From Leptolyngbyaceae cyanobacterium (GTDB lineage Bacteria; Cyanobacteriota; Cyanobacteriia; Phormidesmidales; Phormidesmidaceae): a stretch of 19,951 nt of DNA. A program made the position numbers and the translations under genes. The stretch is from assembly GCA_050331235.1 (NCBI GenBank), contig JBHJHA010000069.1, positions 1-19,951 on the forward strand, in the 5' to 3' direction. Positions 8,847 to 16,877 of this stretch are shown here, piece after piece. Position 1 is the first letter of the stretch. Every line of letters begins with the position of its first letter. Below the pieces are notes generated by a model that saw only the letters and a program-made list of their open reading frames with translations, was not told the DNA's origin and ran no database searches.

Positions 8847-10400
8847 TTAATCACCGCTGTCTTCTACGCCCTGAACAATGCGCGCGAGTTCAGATTTCTC
8901 ATCCACTGCGATGCGCGTTGGTGAGCCGCTGATGACGCGTTCCATATTGTGAAAAGATTCTCTAATCTCGGGACCACCATCGGTAATCTGATACTCGCGG
9001 ATACCCTTGTCGTGCCATGAGCCGCGCATCTTAAAGACATTAATCGCCCGCGACATTTCACCCCGAACTTCAACATACTGCAACATCAAGATGGTGTCAG
9101 TAATGGTCGAAATATGAGACTCCGTAATAGAGTGCAGCCCCATAAATTGCTCGGTGGTGTTGGTAAAGAAGCCTGTGATCTCTTCCTGCTTGGCGTAGCC
9201 GGTGACCCCAATCACAAATTGCCGGAATGAGCTATTGCTGACGCCGCGATCAAGGGCCGAGAGCGAGTCGATGGCAATGCGAGAGGGCTTAAACTGCGAA
9301 ATTTGGGTTTTGATAATTTGCAGATGATCTTCTAGCCCCGCTGACTCAGGATACGCGCACAAAATCTTGAGAAGACCTCGTTGCTCCAGATCTTCAAAGT
9401 CGATGCCCCACGAAGTGGCGTTGCGTAAAAGTTGAGCCCGGGATTCTTCATAAGCAAAGAGAATGACGCGCTCATTATTGGCACAGCCATTTTCTAAAAA
9501 CTTGCTCACTAACAGTGTTTTGCCGGTCCCCGTTGCCCCCGTTGCCAAAATGATGGAATCGCGGAAGAAGCCACCACCGCACATTTCGTCCAGGGTCTCT
9601 ACCCCCGAAGAAACGCGCACATTGGATGAGCGCTGGGTAAGGCGCATCGCCCCCAGAGGAAAGATGTTGATGCCATCGTCGATGATTGTAAACGGGTACT
9701 CCCCTTTCATATGGGTTGTGCCACGCAGTTTTAAGATCTCAATGGTGCGGCGACGGCGCTCTCCTTCCAACACGTTGCGCACAATGACCACATTGTCTGA
9801 GACAAACTCCTCTACGCCATAGCGAGCCACTGGTCCATACTCGTCGACGCGCTCAGTCGTCATGATACTGGTGACGCCCATTTGTTTCAGCCGAGCAGAT
9901 AGGCGAAAGATTTCGCGGCGGACCACCGATGCGGCATCATACTGCTGAAAGACAGCGGTTACGGAGTCAATAGAAACTCGCTGGGCCTTGTACTTGCGAA
10001 TGGCATATTGAATCCGTTCAATCAGCGCTGACAGGTCGAAATTGCCAACCACATCCTGCCCCTCTGGATCGGGGGACGCATCCAGGATAAACAGCTTGCC
10101 TTCATCAATCAGTTTCTGTAAATCCCAACCAAAACTTAGGGCGTTTTTAACAATGTCAGCAGGGGCTTCCTCAAAGGTGACAAAGACACCAGGCTCATCA
10201 AAGTGGACAATCCCCAAATACAAGAACTGTACCGCCATCAAGGTTTTGCCGGTACCGGAGGTACCACTGACTAAGGTTGTCCGCCCGACGGGGAGCCCAC
10301 CATGGCTAATGTCATCAAACCCTTCAATTAGAGTGCGGATTTTAGCGATGCTATTGGAGCGCGTAATCGAATAAATATCAATATCAGAAGGTTGGCTCAT
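8847..10400 (-). CDS. kaiC: Circadian clock protein KaiC (canonical KaiC1 type)
   Basis: Two RecA-like domains with Walker A motifs GTSGTGKT and GATGTGKT, and catalytic EE pairs (TFEE, AYEE). Phosphosite segment SHISTITDT. Intact C-terminal tail ERVISGSPTRIAVDEKSELARIVQGV. Start at ATG 10400 gives 517 aa. Confidence 0.98.
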   Translation of the reverse strand: MSQPSDIDIYSITRSNSIAKIRTLIEGFDDISHGGLPVGRTTLVSGTSGTGKTLMAVQFLYLGIVHFDEPGVFVTFEEAPADIVKNALSFGWDLQKLIDEGKLFILDASPDPEGQDVVGNFDLSALIERIQYAIRKYKAQRVSIDSVTAVFQQYDAASVVRREIFRLSARLKQMGVTSIMTTERVDEYGPVARYGVEEFVSDNVVIVRNVLEGERRRRTIEILKLRGTTHMKGEYPFTIIDDGINIFPLGAMRLTQRSSNVRVSSGVETLDEMCGGGFFRDSIILATGATGTGKTLLVSKFLENGCANNERVILFAYEESRAQLLRNATSWGIDFEDLEQRGLLKILCAYPESAGLEDHLQIIKTQISQFKPSRIAIDSLSALDRGVSNSSFRQFVIGVTGYAKQEEITGFFTNTTEQFMGLHSITESHISTITDTILMLQYVEVRGEMSRAINVFKMRGSWHDKGIREYQITDGGPEIRESFHNMERVISGSPTRIAVDEKSELARIVQGVEDSGD

Positions 10401-10541
10401 GGAACTTATGAAACAGCCTCTAAGTCGACTTTTGCAGGTTTGAGGATGCCCAGACTCAGCAACTAACATTATCGCGATCGCGCCATCTTGGAAACCGTTG
10501 AAATCAATCTCCACATCAGATCTACGCAAATTCAGCTTAAT

Positions 10542-10856
10542 TTAGTCGTCAAAGTTGTCTTCACGGAGCTCCTCGTAGAGCAAATCGAGCCCAATGAGCA
10601 CGCGTTCGCGATCAGACAGATCACCGATAATTTTGCGCACTGGCGGGGGCAAAATCTTGGCGAGGGTGGGGGTTGCGAGAATTTTGTCTTCTTCGGCGAG
10701 CTGAGGATTCTTAAGCACATCAATCACCTTCAGAGCGTATACGCCTTGAAATTCTTGCTCCAAGATTTGATTGAGCGTTTTGAGGGCTCGGACCGAATTC
10801 GGCGTGTTGCCGGCAACATAGAGCTTGAGAACGTAGGTTTTCTTGGAGGTGCTCAT
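10542..10856 (-). CDS. kaiB: Circadian clock protein KaiB (KaiB1 type)
   Basis: [23 protein letters not shown]...[39 protein letters not shown], directly upstream of kaiC. Confidence 0.98.
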   Translation of the reverse strand: MSTSKKTYVLKLYVAGNTPNSVRALKTLNQILEQEFQGVYALKVIDVLKNPQLAEEDKILATPTLAKILPPPVRKIIGDLSDRERVLIGLDLLYEELREDNFDD

Positions 10857-11226
10857 TGATTAGTGCTCAAGAAGAGGACGGACAGGCTAGCTCAGCCAAA
10901 CTAGCCATAGTGATGAATAGCGACCTTGAGATACTCTAAGTTCAGTCGTTGCCTAACCCAAGACAGCCATCTACCACACGTCATCATACTGAATCACTAT
11001 CGGTTTTTCTGGCCGATGGAGCAGAAATAAACGTTGGCTTTGGCGAAACGGCTGACAGCAACCTCGGCGTAGCAAGCCGTGCTGCGGCTGGCGGACGGTG
11101 CCATGGCACTCAGAGCTGATTGTTGTAAGGCGAAACGACTTTGCGTTGGCGCGATCGCGATGGCAAATCAGCGTAGAAGACTCCCATTTTGATCTGCTGT
11201 TGTTCTGCCAAAGCGATTTGTCAGAA

Positions 11227-12102
11227 TTACTCTGTCGCCGCGAGCTTGTCCTGAGTGCGGGTATCAAAGTCACTGGCGGCATGGCGTTCATGGAGTTGCT
11301 CGGCGGGTGGTCCCCAAGTGCGATTGACCATGCGGCCCCGCTGCACCGCTGCACGGGCCTCGATTTCTTTGGCCCAACGCATCAGGTGTTGATAGGTGTT
11401 GGCCGCCAAAAATTCCGCCGCGTCATAGACATTGCCCAAAACCACGTTGCCGTACCAGGGCCAAATTGCAATATCTGCAATGGTGTAAGTCTCGCCAGCA
11501 ATATAGGGATATTCGGCGAGTTGACGATCAAGGACATCAAGCTGACGTTTGGTTTCCATGGTGAAGCGGTCAATGCAGTATTTGATCTTGACCGGGGCAT
11601 ATTGGTAAAAATGGCCAAAGCCTCCCCCGAGGTAAGGGGCTGATCCAATTTGCCAAAAGAGCCAAGATAAGCATTCTGTGCGTGCTCTGCTATCAGTTGG
11701 CAACAGCGCGCCAAATTTCTCAGCTAGATAGAGCAAGATGGAGCCGGATTCAAAAATGCGAGTGGGGGGAGTGGTACTGCGATCGACCAGCGCCGGAATT
11801 TTGGAATTGGGGTTGACTTCGACAAAACCACTGCCAAACTGCTCACCCTCATTGATTTTAATGGGATAGGCGTCATATTCCGCTTCCGCAATTCCCAACG
11901 CGAGGAGTTCTTCTAGCATGATGGTAACTTTTTGGCCATTGGGAGTTGCCAGCGAGTAGAGCTGTAGAGCATGTTGGCCGATGGGCAAGGTTTGCTCATG
12001 GGTAGCGCCCGCAACCGGACGGTTGATTTTTGACCAGGTGCCACCTCCCTCGGTGTCTGGTTGCCAGACCTGGGGTGGGGTGTAGGTTGAAGATGATTCC
12101 AT
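11227..12102 (-). CDS. yghU: Glutathione-dependent disulfide-bond oxidoreductase (YghU/Nu-class GST)
   Basis: YTPPQVW...INRPVAGA N-terminal extension, LYSLATPNGQKV, NPNSKIPAL, FESGSILLYLAEK and C-terminal LHERHAASDF. Confidence 0.93.
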   Translation of the reverse strand: MESSSTYTPPQVWQPDTEGGGTWSKINRPVAGATHEQTLPIGQHALQLYSLATPNGQKVTIMLEELLALGIAEAEYDAYPIKINEGEQFGSGFVEVNPNSKIPALVDRSTTPPTRIFESGSILLYLAEKFGALLPTDSRARTECLSWLFWQIGSAPYLGGGFGHFYQYAPVKIKYCIDRFTMETKRQLDVLDRQLAEYPYIAGETYTIADIAIWPWYGNVVLGNVYDAAEFLAANTYQHLMRWAKEIEARAAVQRGRMVNRTWGPPAEQLHERHAASDFDTRTQDKLAATE

Positions 12103-12382
12103 GGGTTAGGGAGTACAGCTCGACGATGTCAGGGTAGCTTAGTTTGTTCTCGTTGAATGTGCTGTGGGCATGGCAAACGGATAGGCTCAAGAGTTTGAAC
12201 TCTTTGACCGGGCAAACGGTATCAATGGCTGAATAATCGCAGCACTTGCTGGCAATACTTGGTGGGTAAATCGACCTATTCTATGGACGTTACCCCATTT
12301 GAGGAATCTCTCACCACAGCGAGATGTCGGGTGGGACCCCATCCCATAAAGTCAGATTGAATTGATTGTGGAGAGGTCTAGG

Positions 12383-13234
12383 GTGGCGAGTCTACTCACG
12401 CGGTTAGTTTTGGGGCTTCTTTTTGCTGTTTTTGGTTTGTTCAACTATTTCACTAGCGTCTCGACGAATCCAATCACTGGAGAAAACCAGCGAGTAGCAC
12501 TCTCACCGGAGCAAGAAATCGTTTTAGGGCAGCAGGGACGGCAGGAAGTGTTGCAGCAAATGGGGCAGCTCCATCCTAGTCAATCATTGCAAATTTATAT
12601 TGACCAGGTTGGTCAGCAAGTACTGAAATTGTCTCAGGCGTCTCAATCCCCCTATCCATTTGAGTTTCATGTGCTTGATGATCCCGAAACTATCAACGCC
12701 TTTGCCCTGCCGGGTGGCCAGATCTTTGTGACTACTGGGTTGCTGACAGCGATGGATTCTGAGGCTCAATTAGCTGGGGTGTTGGGCCATGAAATTGGCC
12801 ATGTGGTGGCTCGTCATGGTGCAGAACAGCTTGCCAAGCGGCAGTTGGGCGCAACCTTAGTCAGCGCCATCGGGATCGCAGCTAGTGAAGACCAGCAGAG
12901 CGCTGAGCAGGCAGCGGCGATCGCCCAGGCAGTCAACCAACTCATTAGCCTCAATTACAGCCGTGAAGACGAATTGGAAAGCGATCGCTTGGGGCTGCAA
13001 TTTATGACAGCGGCTGACTACAACCCAGAAGGCCTCGTGGAGCTGATGCAAATTTTTGAATCGGCTGAGTCGCGCGGTCGGCCCCCCGAGTTTCTCAGTA
13101 CGCATCCCAATCCGGGCAATCGGATCAGTCGCCTGCAAGCGATTATTGAAGAAAACTACCCCGACGGTATTCCCGAGCCCCTGATCGAAGGGGAACAAGC
13201 GTTTGCTCGGACGGTGGCGCCAGCCCTGCCTTAG
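12383..13234 (+). CDS. M48-family zinc metallopeptidase
   Basis: NAFALPGG, zinc motif HEIGH, YSREDELESD, FLSTHP and an N-terminal membrane anchor. Start placed at GTG 12383 after a GGAGAGG purine tract; the ORF-track start is 12362. Confidence 0.92.
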   Translation: MASLLTRLVLGLLFAVFGLFNYFTSVSTNPITGENQRVALSPEQEIVLGQQGRQEVLQQMGQLHPSQSLQIYIDQVGQQVLKLSQASQSPYPFEFHVLDDPETINAFALPGGQIFVTTGLLTAMDSEAQLAGVLGHEIGHVVARHGAEQLAKRQLGATLVSAIGIAASEDQQSAEQAAAIAQAVNQLISLNYSREDELESDRLGLQFMTAADYNPEGLVELMQIFESAESRGRPPEFLSTHPNPGNRISRLQAIIEENYPDGIPEPLIEGEQAFARTVAPALP

Positions 13235-13315
13235 TCATCAGCCTGAAATCCTGGCTCAGATATAGAACTGACGCGCTCTGTCCACCCAACTCACTCAGTT
13301 TCAACCGACTTGCTT

Positions 13316-13855
13316 ATGGACTTTACCGTTTTGTATTGGATACTCGTTGCCATTATGCTGCTCGGGGCGATCGGTGAGCTCATTCCCGGTATGCCTGGAG
13401 CCAGCATCATTTTGGCTGCAATCTTAGTGTGGTCAGTGGTGACTCAGTTTGCTGGTATCGGTTGGCCCATTGTTGTGGTATTTGCCATTCTCATCCTGAG
13501 TGCTGCGGTTGAGTTTATTGCGGCATATTGGGGCGCTAAACAGTTTGGCGCAAGCAAGTGGGGCCAATTTGGCGCAATTATCGGCTTGGTGGTTGGCTTT
13601 CTGGGCCTACTGCCTGCCTTACCCATTGGGGGTCCCATTCTGGGTGTGTTGGTGGGGCCTTTTATCGGTGCTTTCATCGGCGAATACCTATCCCGCCAGC
13701 CAGTCGAGGGGGAATCTCGATTTCACACGGCGCTTAAAGCCAGTTTTGGTACCGTTGTCGGTTCGGTCGTTGGCAACCTGATTGATGGCTCGCTCGCCAT
13801 TTTGGCGGTAGTCATTTTTGTGCTGACGACTTGGCCGATGGTTTCGACGCTGTAG
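13316..13855 (+). CDS. DUF456-family membrane protein
   Basis: IPGMPG, GAKQFGASKWG and GPFIGAFIGEY motifs in a Gly-rich hydrophobic protein. ATG at 13316. Confidence 0.88.
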   Translation: MDFTVLYWILVAIMLLGAIGELIPGMPGASIILAAILVWSVVTQFAGIGWPIVVVFAILILSAAVEFIAAYWGAKQFGASKWGQFGAIIGLVVGFLGLLPALPIGGPILGVLVGPFIGAFIGEYLSRQPVEGESRFHTALKASFGTVVGSVVGNLIDGSLAILAVVIFVLTTWPMVSTL

Positions 13856-14161
13856 GGTTGCTACCGCTGTCCAGACATGGCTGATGGGTACAATCCCTTA
13901 GCGCAGCAGTCGGCAATCTGATGGTGCCAAGGGCGTATTCGGTTTTCTGGCGTCAACCCAGCTGACAAAAGACTATCAGGAGATTGCCCTGCGAATCGGT
14001 TGACAAGTGCGGTGGGCGTTGAGGGCGACTCTATCCTGTCGGAGCTTTCAAACTCTTTTATCCAGCTCTGACAAAGTCCCGATGTTCAAAGCTTTAGAAT
14101 TATTCATACACATTAAAGAGAGGCTACCTTCGGCTGACCGTTGTTAGCGAATGGAGCAGTA

Positions 14162-14980
14162 ATGACCTGGCAGCTTGACCAAACTATCAAAACGAGTGCT
14201 GGAGCGATCGCGGCTGGCAACGCTGGGGATGGACCTGAGCTGATTCTGGCTCATGGATGGCCATGGTCGTCTTTTTCTTGGCACCGAGTTATTCCAGGTC
14301 TGGCAAAACACTTCCGAGTGTATTGGTACGACATGCCCGGCTATGGGCGTTCGGATAAGCGCGATCAGCAACGGACATCCCTTGATGTACAGGGGCAGAT
14401 CTTCGCTGAAATGCTCGACCACTGGCAACTTGAGCACACTTTTGTGGTTGCCCATGACTTTGGGGGGGCGACTACCCTCCGGGCCCATTTGCTGCACAAT
14501 TGCCAGTTTGAGCGATATGTCCTGATGAATGTTGTGGCGATGCGTCCATGGGGGTCGGAGTTCTTTGACCATGTCGGGCGTCATGTTGATGCCTTTCTGG
14601 GGCTGCCGCCTCATATTCAAAACGCAGTAGTGGAGGCTTATATTAAGGGCGCGATCATCGGCGATGTTGCCCGCGATGATATGAGTAAGCTCGTAGAACC
14701 CTGGCTCTCAAATGAGGGGCGCAGCAGCTTTTATCGACAATTTGCCCAGGCTGATGAAAAATACACCGCCGAAGTAGAGCCGATGTACGGTGCAATTCGA
14801 TGCCCAGTCAAAATTCTTTGGGGTGAGAACGACCCGTGGATTCCGCTGGAGCGGGGCAAAGCACTCCACGCCCTGATTCCTGAGGCCTCTTTCGAGGTGC
14901 TCTATGATGTAGGGCATTTGCCCCAACTAGAGGCACCTAAGCTTGTTTTGGCACAGCTCATCGAGTTTTTTAGCCGCTAG
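14162..14980 (+). CDS. Alpha/beta-fold hydrolase (epoxide hydrolase/dehalogenase-like, Asp nucleophile)
   Basis: HGWP oxyanion motif, DMPGYGRS, nucleophile elbow VAHDFGG, LWGENDPWIP and catalytic His in VGHLPQLE. ATG at 14162. Confidence 0.92.
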   Translation: MTWQLDQTIKTSAGAIAAGNAGDGPELILAHGWPWSSFSWHRVIPGLAKHFRVYWYDMPGYGRSDKRDQQRTSLDVQGQIFAEMLDHWQLEHTFVVAHDFGGATTLRAHLLHNCQFERYVLMNVVAMRPWGSEFFDHVGRHVDAFLGLPPHIQNAVVEAYIKGAIIGDVARDDMSKLVEPWLSNEGRSSFYRQFAQADEKYTAEVEPMYGAIRCPVKILWGENDPWIPLERGKALHALIPEASFEVLYDVGHLPQLEAPKLVLAQLIEFFSR

Positions 14981-15208
14981 AAAGAAACGTAAAGTTTGTC
15001 AGCTGACTCTTAATGAATAGGATACTTGCTTCCTAAGGAATGATGGCCATAATGCTATCACTGTAAAGCTTTTAGCCCATGAAATGCCTCTGTCACCAAC
15101 GGTTTCACGACTTCCCTTTCAATTCATGCTTGCTCGACTTCTGGAGACTGTGGCGAAGCAAAGTCGTCCAGATAGCGAGTGATTGGGAGAGTCGCTGACT
15201 ACACGACC

Positions 15209-15242
15209 AGCTTCTGGCGAAGCGATCGCCCTGCCAGAAGCT
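15209..15242. repeat. Perfect 10-bp inverted repeat enclosing a HIP1 site
   Basis: AGCTTCTGGC (15209-15218) pairs with GCCAGAAGCT (15233-15242). GCGATCGC at 15222-15229 lies in the loop. Located between convergent genes. Confidence 0.6.
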
Positions 15243-15283
15243 AGCATCAATGCAAAGCGGGGCCGAACAACGCTAAGAGCTCC

Positions 15284-15319
15284 AAAAAAGCCGCAGTCTA
15301 ACCTGTCTAGACCACGGCT
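15284..15319 (-). terminator. Intrinsic terminator downstream of the pentapeptide-repeat gene
   Basis: Minus strand AGCCGTGGTCTA-gacaggt-TAGACTGCGGCT-TTTTT: a 12-bp stem with 2 G-U pairs followed by a U tract, 125 nt after the stop codon. Confidence 0.75.
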
Positions 15320-15444
15320 AAAGCACCACTTGAAATCAGTAGTGAAGTATTGATTGAGCGGGCAAACAGCCGATTGGAGTAGGCGATTTCAATCCTGAAT
15401 CTACGAGCAACGCAGTCAGACCTCGTCGGCGATAACCTGAAACG

Positions 15445-15975
15445 CTAATGAGCGCCCCAACTGACCCACTCACGGGACACCCCAGCCGCTTCCTGTTCAG
15501 ACCGAGAGAGAACTTGAGAGATATCGGTTTCTTCTAGATCCACGCCCTCTAGGTCAACTCCTTCTAAACAGGCGCTTTCTAGCTCGACCCGGCGAAAATT
15601 AGCCCCGTTAATACCAGCTTCCGTAAGATTGGCTCCACGTAGGTCCGCACCTTCGAGGTCGGCGGTACGCAGGTCAGCGCGGGTGAGATTGCTGCCCACT
15701 AACTTAGCGCCATTTAAAACAGCACCGATGAGATTCACCGATTCGAGGTGAGCGCCACTGAGATCAGCATGGCTAATATCGGCACCGGCCAAGTTGGCAT
15801 ACTTCAAATTGGCGCGACTCAGGTTGGCATTGTTTAGGTTGGCTCCACTAAGGTCAGCGCGACTGAGATCAATGCCGCTCAGATCACGATTACTGAGGTT
15901 TGCACCATGCAGCAACACCGCCGAGAAACAGCGATCGCCTTGGCTATAGCCATACAAAAAATATTTGACGTCCAT
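15445..15975 (-). CDS. Pentapeptide-repeat protein
   Basis: Tandem A(D/N)Lxx repeats (ANLSN RDLSG IDLSR ADLSG ANLNN ANLSR...) over most of 176 aa. Confidence 0.95.
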   Translation of the reverse strand: MDVKYFLYGYSQGDRCFSAVLLHGANLSNRDLSGIDLSRADLSGANLNNANLSRANLKYANLAGADISHADLSGAHLESVNLIGAVLNGAKLVGSNLTRADLRTADLEGADLRGANLTEAGINGANFRRVELESACLEGVDLEGVDLEETDISQVLSRSEQEAAGVSREWVSWGAH

Positions 15976-16004
15976 TACGTATTTCCTAATCTGCCGACAT
16001 TCAC

Positions 16005-16037
16005 ACTCTACGAAGTCATTGTGAGGAACTTATGAGG
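16005..16037 (-). promoter_or_regulatory. Putative activator-dependent promoter of the pentapeptide gene (direct-repeat box 1 plus -10)
   Basis: Minus strand CCTCATAA-GTT-CCTCACAA (16037-16019), 8 nt spacer, TAGAGT (16010-16005). The ATG follows at 15975. Confidence 0.7.
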
Positions 16038-16393
16038 CCATCGGCCGCCGAGACTTTTGTAAATATGCTGGAGCAGAGTTCAGGAAGAGCGTTTTGAATG
16101 CTGCTGCTGCGACAAGTACTGAAAAATTATGACTTGACGAGCTGCTATCGGAGAGGTCACGGCATCAATCGCCTCACGGGTAACGCTTCATACAGTACCC
16201 ATTTCAACCCAGAAGTAACCCCGCTGACCGGAGACCGCTGACTTCTGCCCATAAAGAAACAACGGCAGCACTTAGGTTGATGCACCCAATTCATCAGGAG
16301 ACAGATTTGAGAGGCAGCGTTCCAGGTTTAAGGCATACTCCATTGATCCGCATAACGGCCCCTCGCTGGGCGTGTATGGGGAGTTGTCATCAC

Positions 16394-16615
16394 TTAGCAG
16401 CTATAGTCTGTTGGCGGTGCAAAAGCCACCATCCAGTAGAAAAAAATGATTAGCAGCGCCAGCTTCAGCAGCCGCGGCGAGACCCCTAGCGCGATCATGA
16501 GACAGGCAGTGGCGACTAATCCGGCTGAGATCACTTCAGTCTGGTTATGTGCAGTCAGAAAAACCCGAATCGCCACGAGGAACAGGGCCATGATGATCAA
16601 TAAGGTTGTCCACAT
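16394..16615 (-). CDS. Small hypothetical membrane protein (73 aa, about 3 hydrophobic helices)
   Basis: ATG preceded by a very strong Shine-Dalgarno AGGAGGTGA with 6 nt spacing. The sequence is almost entirely hydrophobic and has its own candidate promoter. Confidence 0.75.
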   Translation of the reverse strand: MWTTLLIIMALFLVAIRVFLTAHNQTEVISAGLVATACLMIALGVSPRLLKLALLIIFFYWMVAFAPPTDYSC

Positions 16616-16685
16616 CCGGATTCACCTCCTACCGATGGCAAGGTGTCGCAACCTGGCAGATATCTCGCACCAGGCCATTGCCCAT

Positions 16686-16718
16686 AGCGTAAAAGAACAC
16701 TTTGGGGAACTTGTGAGC
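16686..16718 (-). promoter_or_regulatory. Putative activator-dependent promoter of the 73-aa gene (direct-repeat box 2 plus -10)
   Basis: Minus strand GCTCACAA-GTT-CCCCAAAG (16718-16700), 8 nt spacer, TACGCT (16691-16686). Confidence 0.62.
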
Positions 16719-16877
16719 ATTCGGAACGTGACTAGGTAGCAACTTAAGAGCATTCGGCTGAAGACCGCTGGATACGAAGCAGACAAGACAACGTTTGGTG
16801 AATTGCTAACGACACCGCCCACCCCAATTAAATGACCAAGGTATTCTATAGACAAGGCCCTATGTCATGAAGAAGCG

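Noticed and set aside
10401..10529. 43-aa N-terminal extension of KaiC in the ORF track (560 aa)
   Set aside because: It begins at a TTG and has no KaiC similarity. ATG 10400 gives the normal length of about 517 aa.
10971..11354. 127-aa minus-strand ORF upstream of kaiB as a possible kaiA remnant
   Set aside because: No KaiA C-terminal motif is visible, it overlaps yghU in another frame, and its composition looks non-coding.
11098..11643. 181-aa plus-strand ORF; likewise 10488-10859, 9463-9822, 14144-14620, 1206-1523 and other short overlapping ORFs
   Set aside because: These are antisense or off-frame shadows of well-supported genes, with no recognisable motifs.
16205..16252. Minus-strand GTCTCCGGTCAGCGGGGTTAC resembling part of a c-di-GMP-I riboswitch, within a CAGAAGT/ACTTCTG inverted repeat
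   Set aside because: The GNRA-tetraloop stem and GCAAA junction are missing, and it lies upstream of the predicted pentapeptide promoter rather than in its leader. An Infernal/Rfam scan would settle it.
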